Assembly (NCBI GenBank): GCA_016196545.1
Contig: JACPXM010000036.1
Location: forward strand, 483 to 64,482
Direction: 5' to 3'
DNA: 64,000 nucleotides
From: Candidatus Omnitrophota bacterium
GTDB taxonomy: Bacteria; Omnitrophota; Omnitrophia; Omnitrophales; Aquincolibacteriaceae
This document shows positions 47,581 through 55,432 of this stretch, in pieces; position 1 is the stretch's first letter; each line of letters starts with the position of its first letter. The translations under genes and the position numbers were made by a program. The notes under the pieces were generated by a model. The model was given only the letters and a program-made list of their open reading frames with translations, ran no database searches and was not told where the DNA came from.

Positions 47581-48136
47581 TTTTAAAAAAACGCAAGGCG
47601 ATCACGGTTAAGGAAAGGAAGGCGGAGAGCATGCTTAGGCCGTGGCCAAGGCCGAAATTGGCGTCGGCATGAAACTGCGCAATCTTTCCCTGACCTAAAA
47701 GCGGGGGGACAAAAGGTTTTACTGAGGAACTCAACGCCGCGTGAGGATTTAGATGCAAACCAAAATCCCTCAGCCACAGATAGAGATCGACAGCAAAAAC
47801 TGCGGGTAGAACGATCGCTGGAAGGATGAAAAGCAGAGAAAACTTCCCTCGATTTAAAATCGCCAGCATCAAACAAACAACGATCACTGCGATGCCGGGC
47901 AGGGCGAATTTCTTTTCCAGCTTTGCGGCCTCTCCAAGGGGTCGCATGCCGATATAGTGATTGAGATTGTCAATCTCGCCGACATCACCCGTGACATGGT
48001 TCAAATAAACTTGGACGTGAAGTCCCTTGGGATACTGCGGTGCTTTGACCGTCAGATACCAGTAAGGAAAAAAAATTGATGAAAATACTGCTGCTGCGGC
48101 AGCCAGCAGCAGTATTTTCGCGATTCTCTCTTTCAT
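47561..48136 (-). CDS. Four-TM membrane protein between nosZ and nosD (NosB-like position)
   Basis: 191 aa with hydrophobic segments. The call rests on gene position in clade II-type nos clusters, not on a recognised motif. Confidence 0.5.
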   Translation of the reverse strand: MKERIAKILLLAAAAAVFSSIFFPYWYLTVKAPQYPKGLHVQVYLNHVTGDVGEIDNLNHYIGMRPLGEAAKLEKKFALPGIAVIVVCLMLAILNRGKFSLLFILPAIVLPAVFAVDLYLWLRDFGLHLNPHAALSSSVKPFVPPLLGQGKIAQFHADANFGLGHGLSMLSAFLSLTVIALRFFKSGASHK

Positions 48137-48138
48137 AG

Positions 48139-50157
48139 TTACTTCTTAGGCTTAACCATTAGATAACCGGCCATCTCCAAGTGCAGCGCTGAGCAGAATT
48201 CCAGACAATAATACGGGTACACACCTGGCTTATCGGCCGTGAATTCTATCGTGACGGTCTCGCCGGGCTCTATGCTGGCGGCGATGTTATAGCCGGCAAT
48301 CGAAAAACCGTGCGTCGCATCAATCGTTCGCTCAAGATTAGTGATATGCATCGTCACATGCTGGCCCTGCTTAATCTCGATGTGCTCAGGGTCAAAATGA
48401 CTGCGGATCACAGGCATGTAAACTTCGACGTTGTCGCCGTCGCGAACTATTTTGCCCTCCATAACCGCTTTGTCGCTCTTGGACTGAGTGAGAGTATTCC
48501 ATCCGACCTCAGGGTAGACATCCCAGGTCTTTAATTTATCCGCCTTGATGATCTGCGCATAGTGCGGTTCGCCCGAGCCCATCGGCATGTCATAAAGCAC
48601 CTTTAGAGTGTCACCGGTCTTCCCAATATCCACCAACTGAAGATTTTGCGGCAAGAGCGGCCCTAATTTCGAAAAACGATCCACAGACCATTTGTTGAGC
48701 GCGACCAAATACTTGCCTTCGGGATTCACCGTATCACCCCCGGTTGTGGCTAAATGCCCTATATTGAACTGAACGGGAACCTTGCCAACCAGCGTCCAAG
48801 GTTTCTCAGGCGCTTGGAATTTGTCATCGCCGAGCGTCCAGCGCGCGACAGCACTTTCGAGAAATAAACTTGTGTAGGCATAACCTTGATTGTCAAATTG
48901 AGTGTGAAGAGGTCCAAGGCCCAATTCCACCTGGGCTTCCATGGCCGCGTCGAAGCGAATGATCGGCACGCCGTACTCGTCGTTGCCCTCAAAGTCTTTA
49001 GCCTCGATGGCTTTGAGCATTTTATCAAAACTATAAATCGTCACATGCGGATCAAGTTTCCCTGCCACCACCATGAATTTGCCGCTCGGAGTGACATCCA
49101 CACCGTGAGGGCTTTTGGGCTCAGGAATGAAAAAGAGCACGCCTTCGTCAATGGCGGTCTTGAGGGAAATCAGTTTAAAGCCGTTTTTGGTCTCAAATTT
49201 GCTAGCTGCGATCAGCGCCTCGGCTTTTTTCCAATTGAAGACATGGAGATAATCCATGTCGCGCTGAGCGGTACCTGCTTCAAAAGGCGGGTTTCCCTTT
49301 TCGATACCGCCGGTGGCCATTTCAGTGTTAAAGGAATTCATAAAAACCCAGCCCTCACTCGGGCCTTTACCGGCATCGGCCAAATCCTGCCAATAGGGAG
49401 GAAGCTCGATCGCGAAAGAGTTTTCGATATCGATACGCCCTTGTTGGCGGTCGAATTTCCAGAAAGTCGCTAGTCCCCGATATTTTTCTTTGTATTGGGA
49501 AATAGGCGCGTACTCTCCGCCCAGGGGTTCGGCGTACTGTGCACCTTCGATAATATATTCGGTATTCGGCGTCACGAAACAGCCGCCGTGATCATTGTGC
49601 ATTAGCGTTCCATCCGCGAATTGTTTGGTTTCGAAATCTCTCAGATCAATGACAGCGATACGGCCATGCGACTTGTCGCCAATGAAAAGGAATTGTCCGT
49701 CATAGTCACCGTTTGTTTCGCTCAAAGCCGGGTGATGAGTGTCGGCCCATCCTACCTTCTGACTATCGCCGCCAATCGGCGCATTCATGAGCGGAGTTTC
49801 TTTCACACCAAAACCATATCCTTGCCAGGATTCAGCCTCAAAAACTGCGATGGTACGCAAAAGCCGCATCGACGGTAGGCCGATCACAAACATTTGACCG
49901 CTGTGTCCGCCGGAAGCGAACATCATATAGTCGTCATACTGGCCGCTGGGGACGAAGGTTGAAACGGCACCGAGAATGTCGTCTGGCTTAAGCCCTCTTT
50001 CATGGATGACTTTGGCAGCATCGGCTGGCAGTTTTGTCTGAAGCCCGGCCGCGGGGGATTGGGGTTCATCTGCCGCAAAACCGACGGAAACGGGCATCAT
50101 TAATAATGCAATTGTTAATAATAAAAAATCCGTGCATTGCAGGCACCCTTTATTCAT
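48139..50157 (-). CDS. nosZ: Nitrous oxide reductase NosZ, Sec-type signal (clade II-like), no cytochrome c extension
   Basis: 672 aa. The N-terminus lacks a twin-arginine. DTHHP CuZ histidines (WADTHHPAL). CuA site HGF...CLEFCSALHLEM at the C-terminus. Confidence 0.93.
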   Translation of the reverse strand: MNKGCLQCTDFLLLTIALLMMPVSVGFAADEPQSPAAGLQTKLPADAAKVIHERGLKPDDILGAVSTFVPSGQYDDYMMFASGGHSGQMFVIGLPSMRLLRTIAVFEAESWQGYGFGVKETPLMNAPIGGDSQKVGWADTHHPALSETNGDYDGQFLFIGDKSHGRIAVIDLRDFETKQFADGTLMHNDHGGCFVTPNTEYIIEGAQYAEPLGGEYAPISQYKEKYRGLATFWKFDRQQGRIDIENSFAIELPPYWQDLADAGKGPSEGWVFMNSFNTEMATGGIEKGNPPFEAGTAQRDMDYLHVFNWKKAEALIAASKFETKNGFKLISLKTAIDEGVLFFIPEPKSPHGVDVTPSGKFMVVAGKLDPHVTIYSFDKMLKAIEAKDFEGNDEYGVPIIRFDAAMEAQVELGLGPLHTQFDNQGYAYTSLFLESAVARWTLGDDKFQAPEKPWTLVGKVPVQFNIGHLATTGGDTVNPEGKYLVALNKWSVDRFSKLGPLLPQNLQLVDIGKTGDTLKVLYDMPMGSGEPHYAQIIKADKLKTWDVYPEVGWNTLTQSKSDKAVMEGKIVRDGDNVEVYMPVIRSHFDPEHIEIKQGQHVTMHITNLERTIDATHGFSIAGYNIAASIEPGETVTIEFTADKPGVYPYYCLEFCSALHLEMAGYLMVKPKK

Positions 50158-50310
50158 GATTTTGTCTCCTTTTTTTGTTTATAGTGTTTTTATTGTCGTC
50201 CACATCGGGTGACGAGTGCAGTAATTATTTTTATTGCACTTGGATTACATTCCAAGTATAGCATTGGAGATTTTAGAGTGCCTGAGAAGAGATGCGAGCG
50301 GGAACCGTGA

Positions 50311-50673
50311 TTAGAGCAGTTGAAACAACAACACTTTTTTTAGGTAATCGAAATCTATCGGCTTAGTAATGTAATCCGCCGCTCCTGCCGCAAAAGCGCG
50401 TTTGCCTTCTTCGTTATCATGTAGGGCGGTTACCATGACAACAGGAATACTTTTATCCAATTCCTTAATCTGCTTTAAAACGTCAATGCCGTCTTCTTTC
50501 CCAAGTAAAATATCCAATAAAATCAGGTCGGGCTTCGCCATTTTAATTTTTGATAGAGCCTCTTTACCTGTTAAGGAAGTTTCAACTTCGTAAGTCGTTA
50601 AAGACGTCCGTAAGATTTTCAAGACCTGTTCCTCATCATCCACAATTAAAATACGTTTCTTGTCAGGATTCAT
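50311..50673 (-). CDS. Single-domain CheY-like response regulator
   Basis: 120 aa. Motifs ILIVDDEE, LILLDILL and MVTA...K. Confidence 0.88.
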   Translation of the reverse strand: MNPDKKRILIVDDEEQVLKILRTSLTTYEVETSLTGKEALSKIKMAKPDLILLDILLGKEDGIDVLKQIKELDKSIPVVMVTALHDNEEGKRAFAAGAADYITKPIDFDYLKKVLLFQLL

Positions 50674-50779
50674 CGGCTTCTCTTTGGTTTTTAAAGTTTC
50701 GCATAAATTGCTCTGGCTCCGCCGTTAATTTCAAAATCTCATTTTCATCTAAGCAACGCTCCACGTGGAGATTGATGTC

Positions 50780-51610
50780 CTACACTAACTCGATAAGCAT
50801 TCCGTCAGGAGCGGGGCGGCCATCATGGTTCACAAGAATTTGGAGGGTAGGCCGCATAAAGGCAGTTTTTGTGACTTTCACCACTTTTCCGATGGCTTTT
50901 GTATTCAGTTGAACATACGTTCCAAGCGGAAAAAGCGAAACCACAGTAAGCAATGTTTTAAGAGGACGGCGATTAAAGCGTTGTTTTGAATCAACCGTTT
51001 CTTTGATCGCTGCATGAGGCAACATGGCATTTCGATAAGGTCGTGGATGGGATAATGCCTCATAGACATCGGCGACATGAATGACAGAAGCCAATTCATT
51101 GATTCCCTTTTCCTTCAAATGAGATGGATACCCCATACCATCGTCGTCCTCATGATGCTGCAAAATGGCATCTCTCACGCTTGAATCAATATCTTGTAAC
51201 TGATCAATGATTTCAGCCCCATGAACAGAATGCTTTTCCAGTTCCTCGCGTTCTTTTTTTGAGAATTTCACAGGACTGTTGACCAAATCAAACATCTTTA
51301 CCATACCAATATCGTGAAGCAGGGTTGCGACCGCAAGTATTTCGAGCTTTTCGCTTTCATAACCCAAATCTTGACCGATCAAAGAAGTCAAGATGACGCA
51401 ATTTACCGAATGAGCGAGAAGAAAATTATTAGGGGTAGAACGGATGCTGTATTGAAGAAAATCATCGGGACTCTGTAAGGTGTTCTGCATCAACAAATTC
51501 GCATAATCTCGAACCTCAGCGAAGATCAGATTTTCATTGCGCTTGACCTGATCAAATATCCTTTCGGCAAGATGCAGTCCTTGCGTATAAATCTCCAAAG
51601 TTCGAGTCAT
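50780..51610 (-). CDS. HD-GYP domain protein (c-di-GMP phosphodiesterase family)
   Basis: 276 aa. Motifs LLHDIGM and [11 protein letters not shown]. Confidence 0.88.
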   Translation of the reverse strand: MTRTLEIYTQGLHLAERIFDQVKRNENLIFAEVRDYANLLMQNTLQSPDDFLQYSIRSTPNNFLLAHSVNCVILTSLIGQDLGYESEKLEILAVATLLHDIGMVKMFDLVNSPVKFSKKEREELEKHSVHGAEIIDQLQDIDSSVRDAILQHHEDDDGMGYPSHLKEKGINELASVIHVADVYEALSHPRPYRNAMLPHAAIKETVDSKQRFNRRPLKTLLTVVSLFPLGTYVQLNTKAIGKVVKVTKTAFMRPTLQILVNHDGRPAPDGMLIELV

Positions 51611-54438
51611 GAATTTTTATCCAAAGCACTTCGCACATGTCCTGCCAAATCCATTGGCGCAAAAGGTTTCTGAACAAAATGAATGTTTGGGTCGAGTTTT
51701 TCTTGTTGGTCGATAGCGCTATCGGTATAACCCGACATAAAAACAATCTTAATCACAGGACGAATTTTTTTCACTTGATCGGCCAACTCTTTGCCCCCCA
51801 TCACAGGCATAATCACATCCGTTAAAAGAAGATGAAACTCCGTGTCAGGATGAGATTCTACAAACTTTAACGCATCGCTGCCATTGGCGGCTTCAAAAAT
51901 TCTATATCCTTGAGTCTTTAAGATTCGCACGGCAAGTTCCCGCACAAGCGGTTCATCTTCCACGATAAGGATGGTTTCGCTGCCTTTTTGAGTAACAGGC
52001 GCAACATCCTCCGCTACCCTTGATACTTTCTCTCTGACAATCGGCAGATGAAGATGAAACGTGGTTCCTTGTCCTAAAACGCTGCTAAAAGAAATGTGTC
52101 CTTTATTTTGTTTGATGACACCGAAACTCGTCGCAAGTCCCAAACCGCTACCTTTCGCTTTGTCTATGGTTGTATAAAAAGGTTCAAAGATATGCCTTTT
52201 TGTCTCTTCTTCCATCCCTATTCCTGTATCCGTGATTGAAATCAGGGCATATTCGCCAGGCTCAACATCTGGAAATTGCGCCTGAAATTTGCCGTCTAAA
52301 ACTACGTTCTCGGTTTTTACTGTAATTTTTCCACCCTGCGGCATCGCGTCCCTTGCGTTAACAAGAAGATTGATCAAAACTTGCTCAATTTGATGTTCGT
52401 CCACTTTTACAGTTCCCAATTCAGGCGAAAGCTGAGATTCAATCGTAATCGTTTCCCCAATGAGACGCTTGACCATCTTATCGAGATTGATAATCACTTC
52501 ATTCAAATTAACAATCATAGGCCGCATCATTTGCCGTCGTGAAAAACCAAGCAGTTGCGTTGTTAAGGATTGGGCGCGCTTTCCTGCTTTCAGAATTTCT
52601 TCAAAGTCATTACGGATGGCGTCATTCTGAGCTAAGGTTTGCACTCTCATCTCGGCATACCCGTTAATGACTGTTAGTAAATTATTAAAGTCATGCGCGA
52701 TTCCGCCCGCCAATTTGCCCACCGATTCCATTTTTTGTGATTGAAGGTATTGCGCCTCTAAACGTTTGCGATCGGTAATGTCCCGTATGGCCGCGGTTAC
52801 TAAGGTGCCGTCCGCGGATTCAAAGGGACTCAAACTGATTTCAACTTGAAATTCGCTTCCGTCCTTGCGAAGCGCCCACAGTTCCATCCCTGCCCCCATT
52901 GGGCGAGTATGAGGTTCTACGAAGAAGCTAGTGCGATGTTGGGGGTGATGATGGCGAAAGCGCTCAGGAATCAAAATTTCCACTTTTTGGCCCAACAACT
53001 CTTGTCGCGAATAACCAAAAAGTTGCTCCGTTTGAGAATTAACCAAAGTAATATCACCTTTTTGATCGACGATAACCATTGCATCGGGGGCGGATTCTAG
53101 GAGGCTGCGGAACTTTTCTTCCTCATTACGTATTATTTCATCCGCCTGCTTGCGTTCACTAATGTCACGGATAATCGCGGTGAAGAACCTTTTTTGATCT
53201 ATCGTCCATGAGGCAAGTGATAGGTCGATGGGAAATTCGACCCCATCTTTTCTTAATCCTACAAGTTCAAGGGTCTGACCAATCAATTTTGAAATACCTG
53301 TTGTTGTAATGCGCTTAATGCCCTCTGAGTGTGCATTTCGGAAACGTTCAGGCATAATAACTGTTAATGGCTGACCCATCATCTTTTTTGCAGCATGGCC
53401 GAATAATTTCTCGGCTTGGGGATTCCAATAGCGGATAATTCCCGTCTGATCGGCTGAGATAATAGCATCTTGTGCAGTTTCTACGACGGCTCGAAATTCC
53501 TCATTTAATTTTGAAAACTCTTTGGTTCGTTCCTCAATCTTTTTTTCTAATTCTTGGTTTACCGATATCAACTCCTGTTCAGCTTCCCAACGCTTGCTGT
53601 CTAATGTTGAAATCAAAGTTGCGCTTCTCCAGACGAGAACACTAATCACAGCACTACACATGAGAGTCAATATTGCGATGCCAAAATTAGTATCGTAGTA
53701 ACCCGCCCTTTGTCCCATTAGAGGAAGCCATCCAAGAATAACTATCAAACAGGGTATCCAGGGCAAGAGACGCCGTAGCATGATGCCTCCCAAACCATCG
53801 GCGCTGAGACGTGTCATCAATCCGTCAGAAGGTCTGCCAAAGAAGATACCGAGGCTTAAAATAAAAAAATTGATCGCTGTGTGAAAGGCTACTGAAACAT
53901 AGGGAGTTAAATGATAAAGACTCTCAACTCCATAAAAGTAACCTATCACGGCGACCCACGATGAACAGAAGAGCAAAAGGGCAAACATTTGGTGGATGAC
54001 CGCACGTTTGGACTGAAAAAAAATCAACGATGCCCCCGTCAATAAAAAATTGAAAGCAGTTGCAGGCGCCATACGGCCAGGATAAGAAATATCCTTATCG
54101 CTTCCTACAATTAGAGCCTGATCTATTCCGAAATTTAATCCGAATAGATATTCCATCAATGTTAATGCGCCTAGAGTCAATACGAAGGCTGCCAAAATCT
54201 TTGCTGCCCATTGAATATGGGTTCGTGAAGAACTCTCTTGCTGCAAAAATAAAGAAAGTCCTGCAAAAATGAACCCCATCGCGGCATTAACTTTCATGGT
54301 GGCCCAAATCGGAAGAATGCTTTTCAAAAATTCAACGTCAAAAAACCAACCGATAAGCACAAGGATGCCACTCCCCATGACCATGAGGCTTGCACTTTTA
54401 GAGACCGCTTTAAATCGCAAAACCATGTCTTTTCCCAA
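51607..54438 (-). CDS. Hybrid sensor histidine kinase (multi-TM sensor, 2 PAS, HisKA, HATPase, REC)
   Basis: 943 aa. About 8 N-terminal TM segments, PAS repeats, H-box [12 protein letters not shown]-box GSGLGLA, and a C-terminal REC ([13 protein letters not shown]). Confidence 0.9.
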   Translation of the reverse strand: MGKDMVLRFKAVSKSASLMVMGSGILVLIGWFFDVEFLKSILPIWATMKVNAAMGFIFAGLSLFLQQESSSRTHIQWAAKILAAFVLTLGALTLMEYLFGLNFGIDQALIVGSDKDISYPGRMAPATAFNFLLTGASLIFFQSKRAVIHQMFALLLFCSSWVAVIGYFYGVESLYHLTPYVSVAFHTAINFFILSLGIFFGRPSDGLMTRLSADGLGGIMLRRLLPWIPCLIVILGWLPLMGQRAGYYDTNFGIAILTLMCSAVISVLVWRSATLISTLDSKRWEAEQELISVNQELEKKIEERTKEFSKLNEEFRAVVETAQDAIISADQTGIIRYWNPQAEKLFGHAAKKMMGQPLTVIMPERFRNAHSEGIKRITTTGISKLIGQTLELVGLRKDGVEFPIDLSLASWTIDQKRFFTAIIRDISERKQADEIIRNEEEKFRSLLESAPDAMVIVDQKGDITLVNSQTEQLFGYSRQELLGQKVEILIPERFRHHHPQHRTSFFVEPHTRPMGAGMELWALRKDGSEFQVEISLSPFESADGTLVTAAIRDITDRKRLEAQYLQSQKMESVGKLAGGIAHDFNNLLTVINGYAEMRVQTLAQNDAIRNDFEEILKAGKRAQSLTTQLLGFSRRQMMRPMIVNLNEVIINLDKMVKRLIGETITIESQLSPELGTVKVDEHQIEQVLINLLVNARDAMPQGGKITVKTENVVLDGKFQAQFPDVEPGEYALISITDTGIGMEEETKRHIFEPFYTTIDKAKGSGLGLATSFGVIKQNKGHISFSSVLGQGTTFHLHLPIVREKVSRVAEDVAPVTQKGSETILIVEDEPLVRELAVRILKTQGYRIFEAANGSDALKFVESHPDTEFHLLLTDVIMPVMGGKELADQVKKIRPVIKIVFMSGYTDSAIDQQEKLDPNIHFVQKPFAPMDLAGHVRSALDKNS

Positions 54439-54676
54439 TATATTTCTCCTTCCTGCTCATAAATGTATCGGCGCTTGTCTCATAATTTGCAGCTACATGT
54501 TTAAGGCCATGCTGATAGCTTGTTAAGCTCGGTCATGTTATGGGCTATTCGGGAGATAACGGTGCCTAACGCCTCAGTTTTTCACGAGTAAGGGAAAAGG
54601 GATACCTGGGATTTTATCGCATATACGGGAGGCCGTAGCGTGCCAGAGCGGAGGAGCCGTGCGGGGAATTAAATGC

Positions 54677-54863
54677 TCAGGAGGTGTAAGCCGGTTCGGA
54701 CGGTAAAGCAGGAATGTAATCGGTAGAAATTAAGACAAGTCGAGAGTCTTTATACTCATAGCTCTCAACTTCCAGAGGCTCGTTCTCGAACAACTGGTTT
54801 ACAATGAAAGTGGTGGAGGTGGGCGGTTTCGCCCCCGTCCGTATCTTTAGGAATCCGAAAATT
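54677..54863 (-). pseudogene. Relic B: frameshifted 3' end of a large-serine-recombinase gene
   Basis: The minus-strand translation reads NFRIPKDTDGGETAHLHHF. After a +1 shift it continues IVNQLFENEPLEVESYEYKDSRLVLISTDYIPALPSEPAYTS-stop. This aligns with RRVPKLAEGSDTGHLHHFSVNSSFKDEDLELERYVYENSQLILIERGQDA-stop of the intact recombinase. Homology ends abruptly at about 54863. Confidence 0.8.
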
Positions 54864-54908
54864 GGACCGTCAATTTTTTGCCCACGAATAACCTTCCTCC
54901 GAGCCGGA

Positions 54909-55163
54909 TCATGATTTTATTTGAGTTTCTAACTTCTCATAGAGCGACTCAGGGGCAACGTCAGCGCCATTGGGCCAAGAAATCGTTCCCCCTTCGATAC
55001 GTGCGGAAGAAAAGACTTTTTTGTCTTTGAGCGAAGAAAATATTCCGGATCTGCTTAGATACGAGGAGAAATCGATTTCACCCTTCATCCCATCATCGAA
55101 TTCGATATAGTAAATATATCCATCAAGATATCGAATCATTTTGACATCGTTTAATTGCCACAT
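54909..55163 (-). CDS. DUF2442 protein
   Basis: 84 aa. YIEFDDGMKGEIDFS...GGTISWPNGADVAPESLY is the typical DUF2442 pattern. Confidence 0.85.
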   Translation of the reverse strand: MWQLNDVKMIRYLDGYIYYIEFDDGMKGEIDFSSYLSRSGIFSSLKDKKVFSSARIEGGTISWPNGADVAPESLYEKLETQIKS

Positions 55164-55171
55164 AAGTCACC

Positions 55172-55432
55172 TCATTCCAAAGGCGTGATTTTCCTGATCT
55201 CTTTGTCCTTGCGCGCCAGCTCCCAATCCTCCGCCAACTCAGCTTGATGCAGATCAACCCATTCCCGCACAAGTCTCAAAGCCGTCCTCGACCCAAGATC
55301 ACCCATAAGAATGTTACCATGAAAATCTATCTTTGCTTGCTTGCCGCTGAACTCGGCATGAAAATGCGGGGGATTATGATCGTCGTAAAACATGCGAATA
55401 ATGATACCGAAGAATCGAGAAATTTCAGGCAT
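55172..55432 (-). CDS. DUF4160 protein
   Basis: MPEISRFFGIIIRMFYDDHNPPHFHAEF is the typical DUF4160 N-terminus. The ATG at 55432 overlaps the recombinase stop in ATGCCTGA. The track ORF starts 5 codons earlier. Confidence 0.85.
   Translation of the reverse strand: MPEISRFFGIIIRMFYDDHNPPHFHAEFSGKQAKIDFHGNILMGDLGSRTALRLVREWVDLHQAELAEDWELARKDKEIRKITPLE

Larger units (their letters stand above)
43316..54863 (-). mobile_element. Putative decayed genomic island carrying nos cluster plus HK/HD-GYP/CheY, bounded by recombinase relics A and B
   Basis: Two co-oriented recombinase-gene fragments share a 24/25-nt core at 43343-43366 and 54815-54839. The cargo between them is functionally coherent. Confidence 0.4.

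Noticed and set aside
50759-50770. A perfect 12-bp palindrome CTCCACGTGGAG just downstream of the HD-GYP gene stop.
   Set aside because: It is short enough to occur by chance. There is no second copy and no obvious partner regulator.
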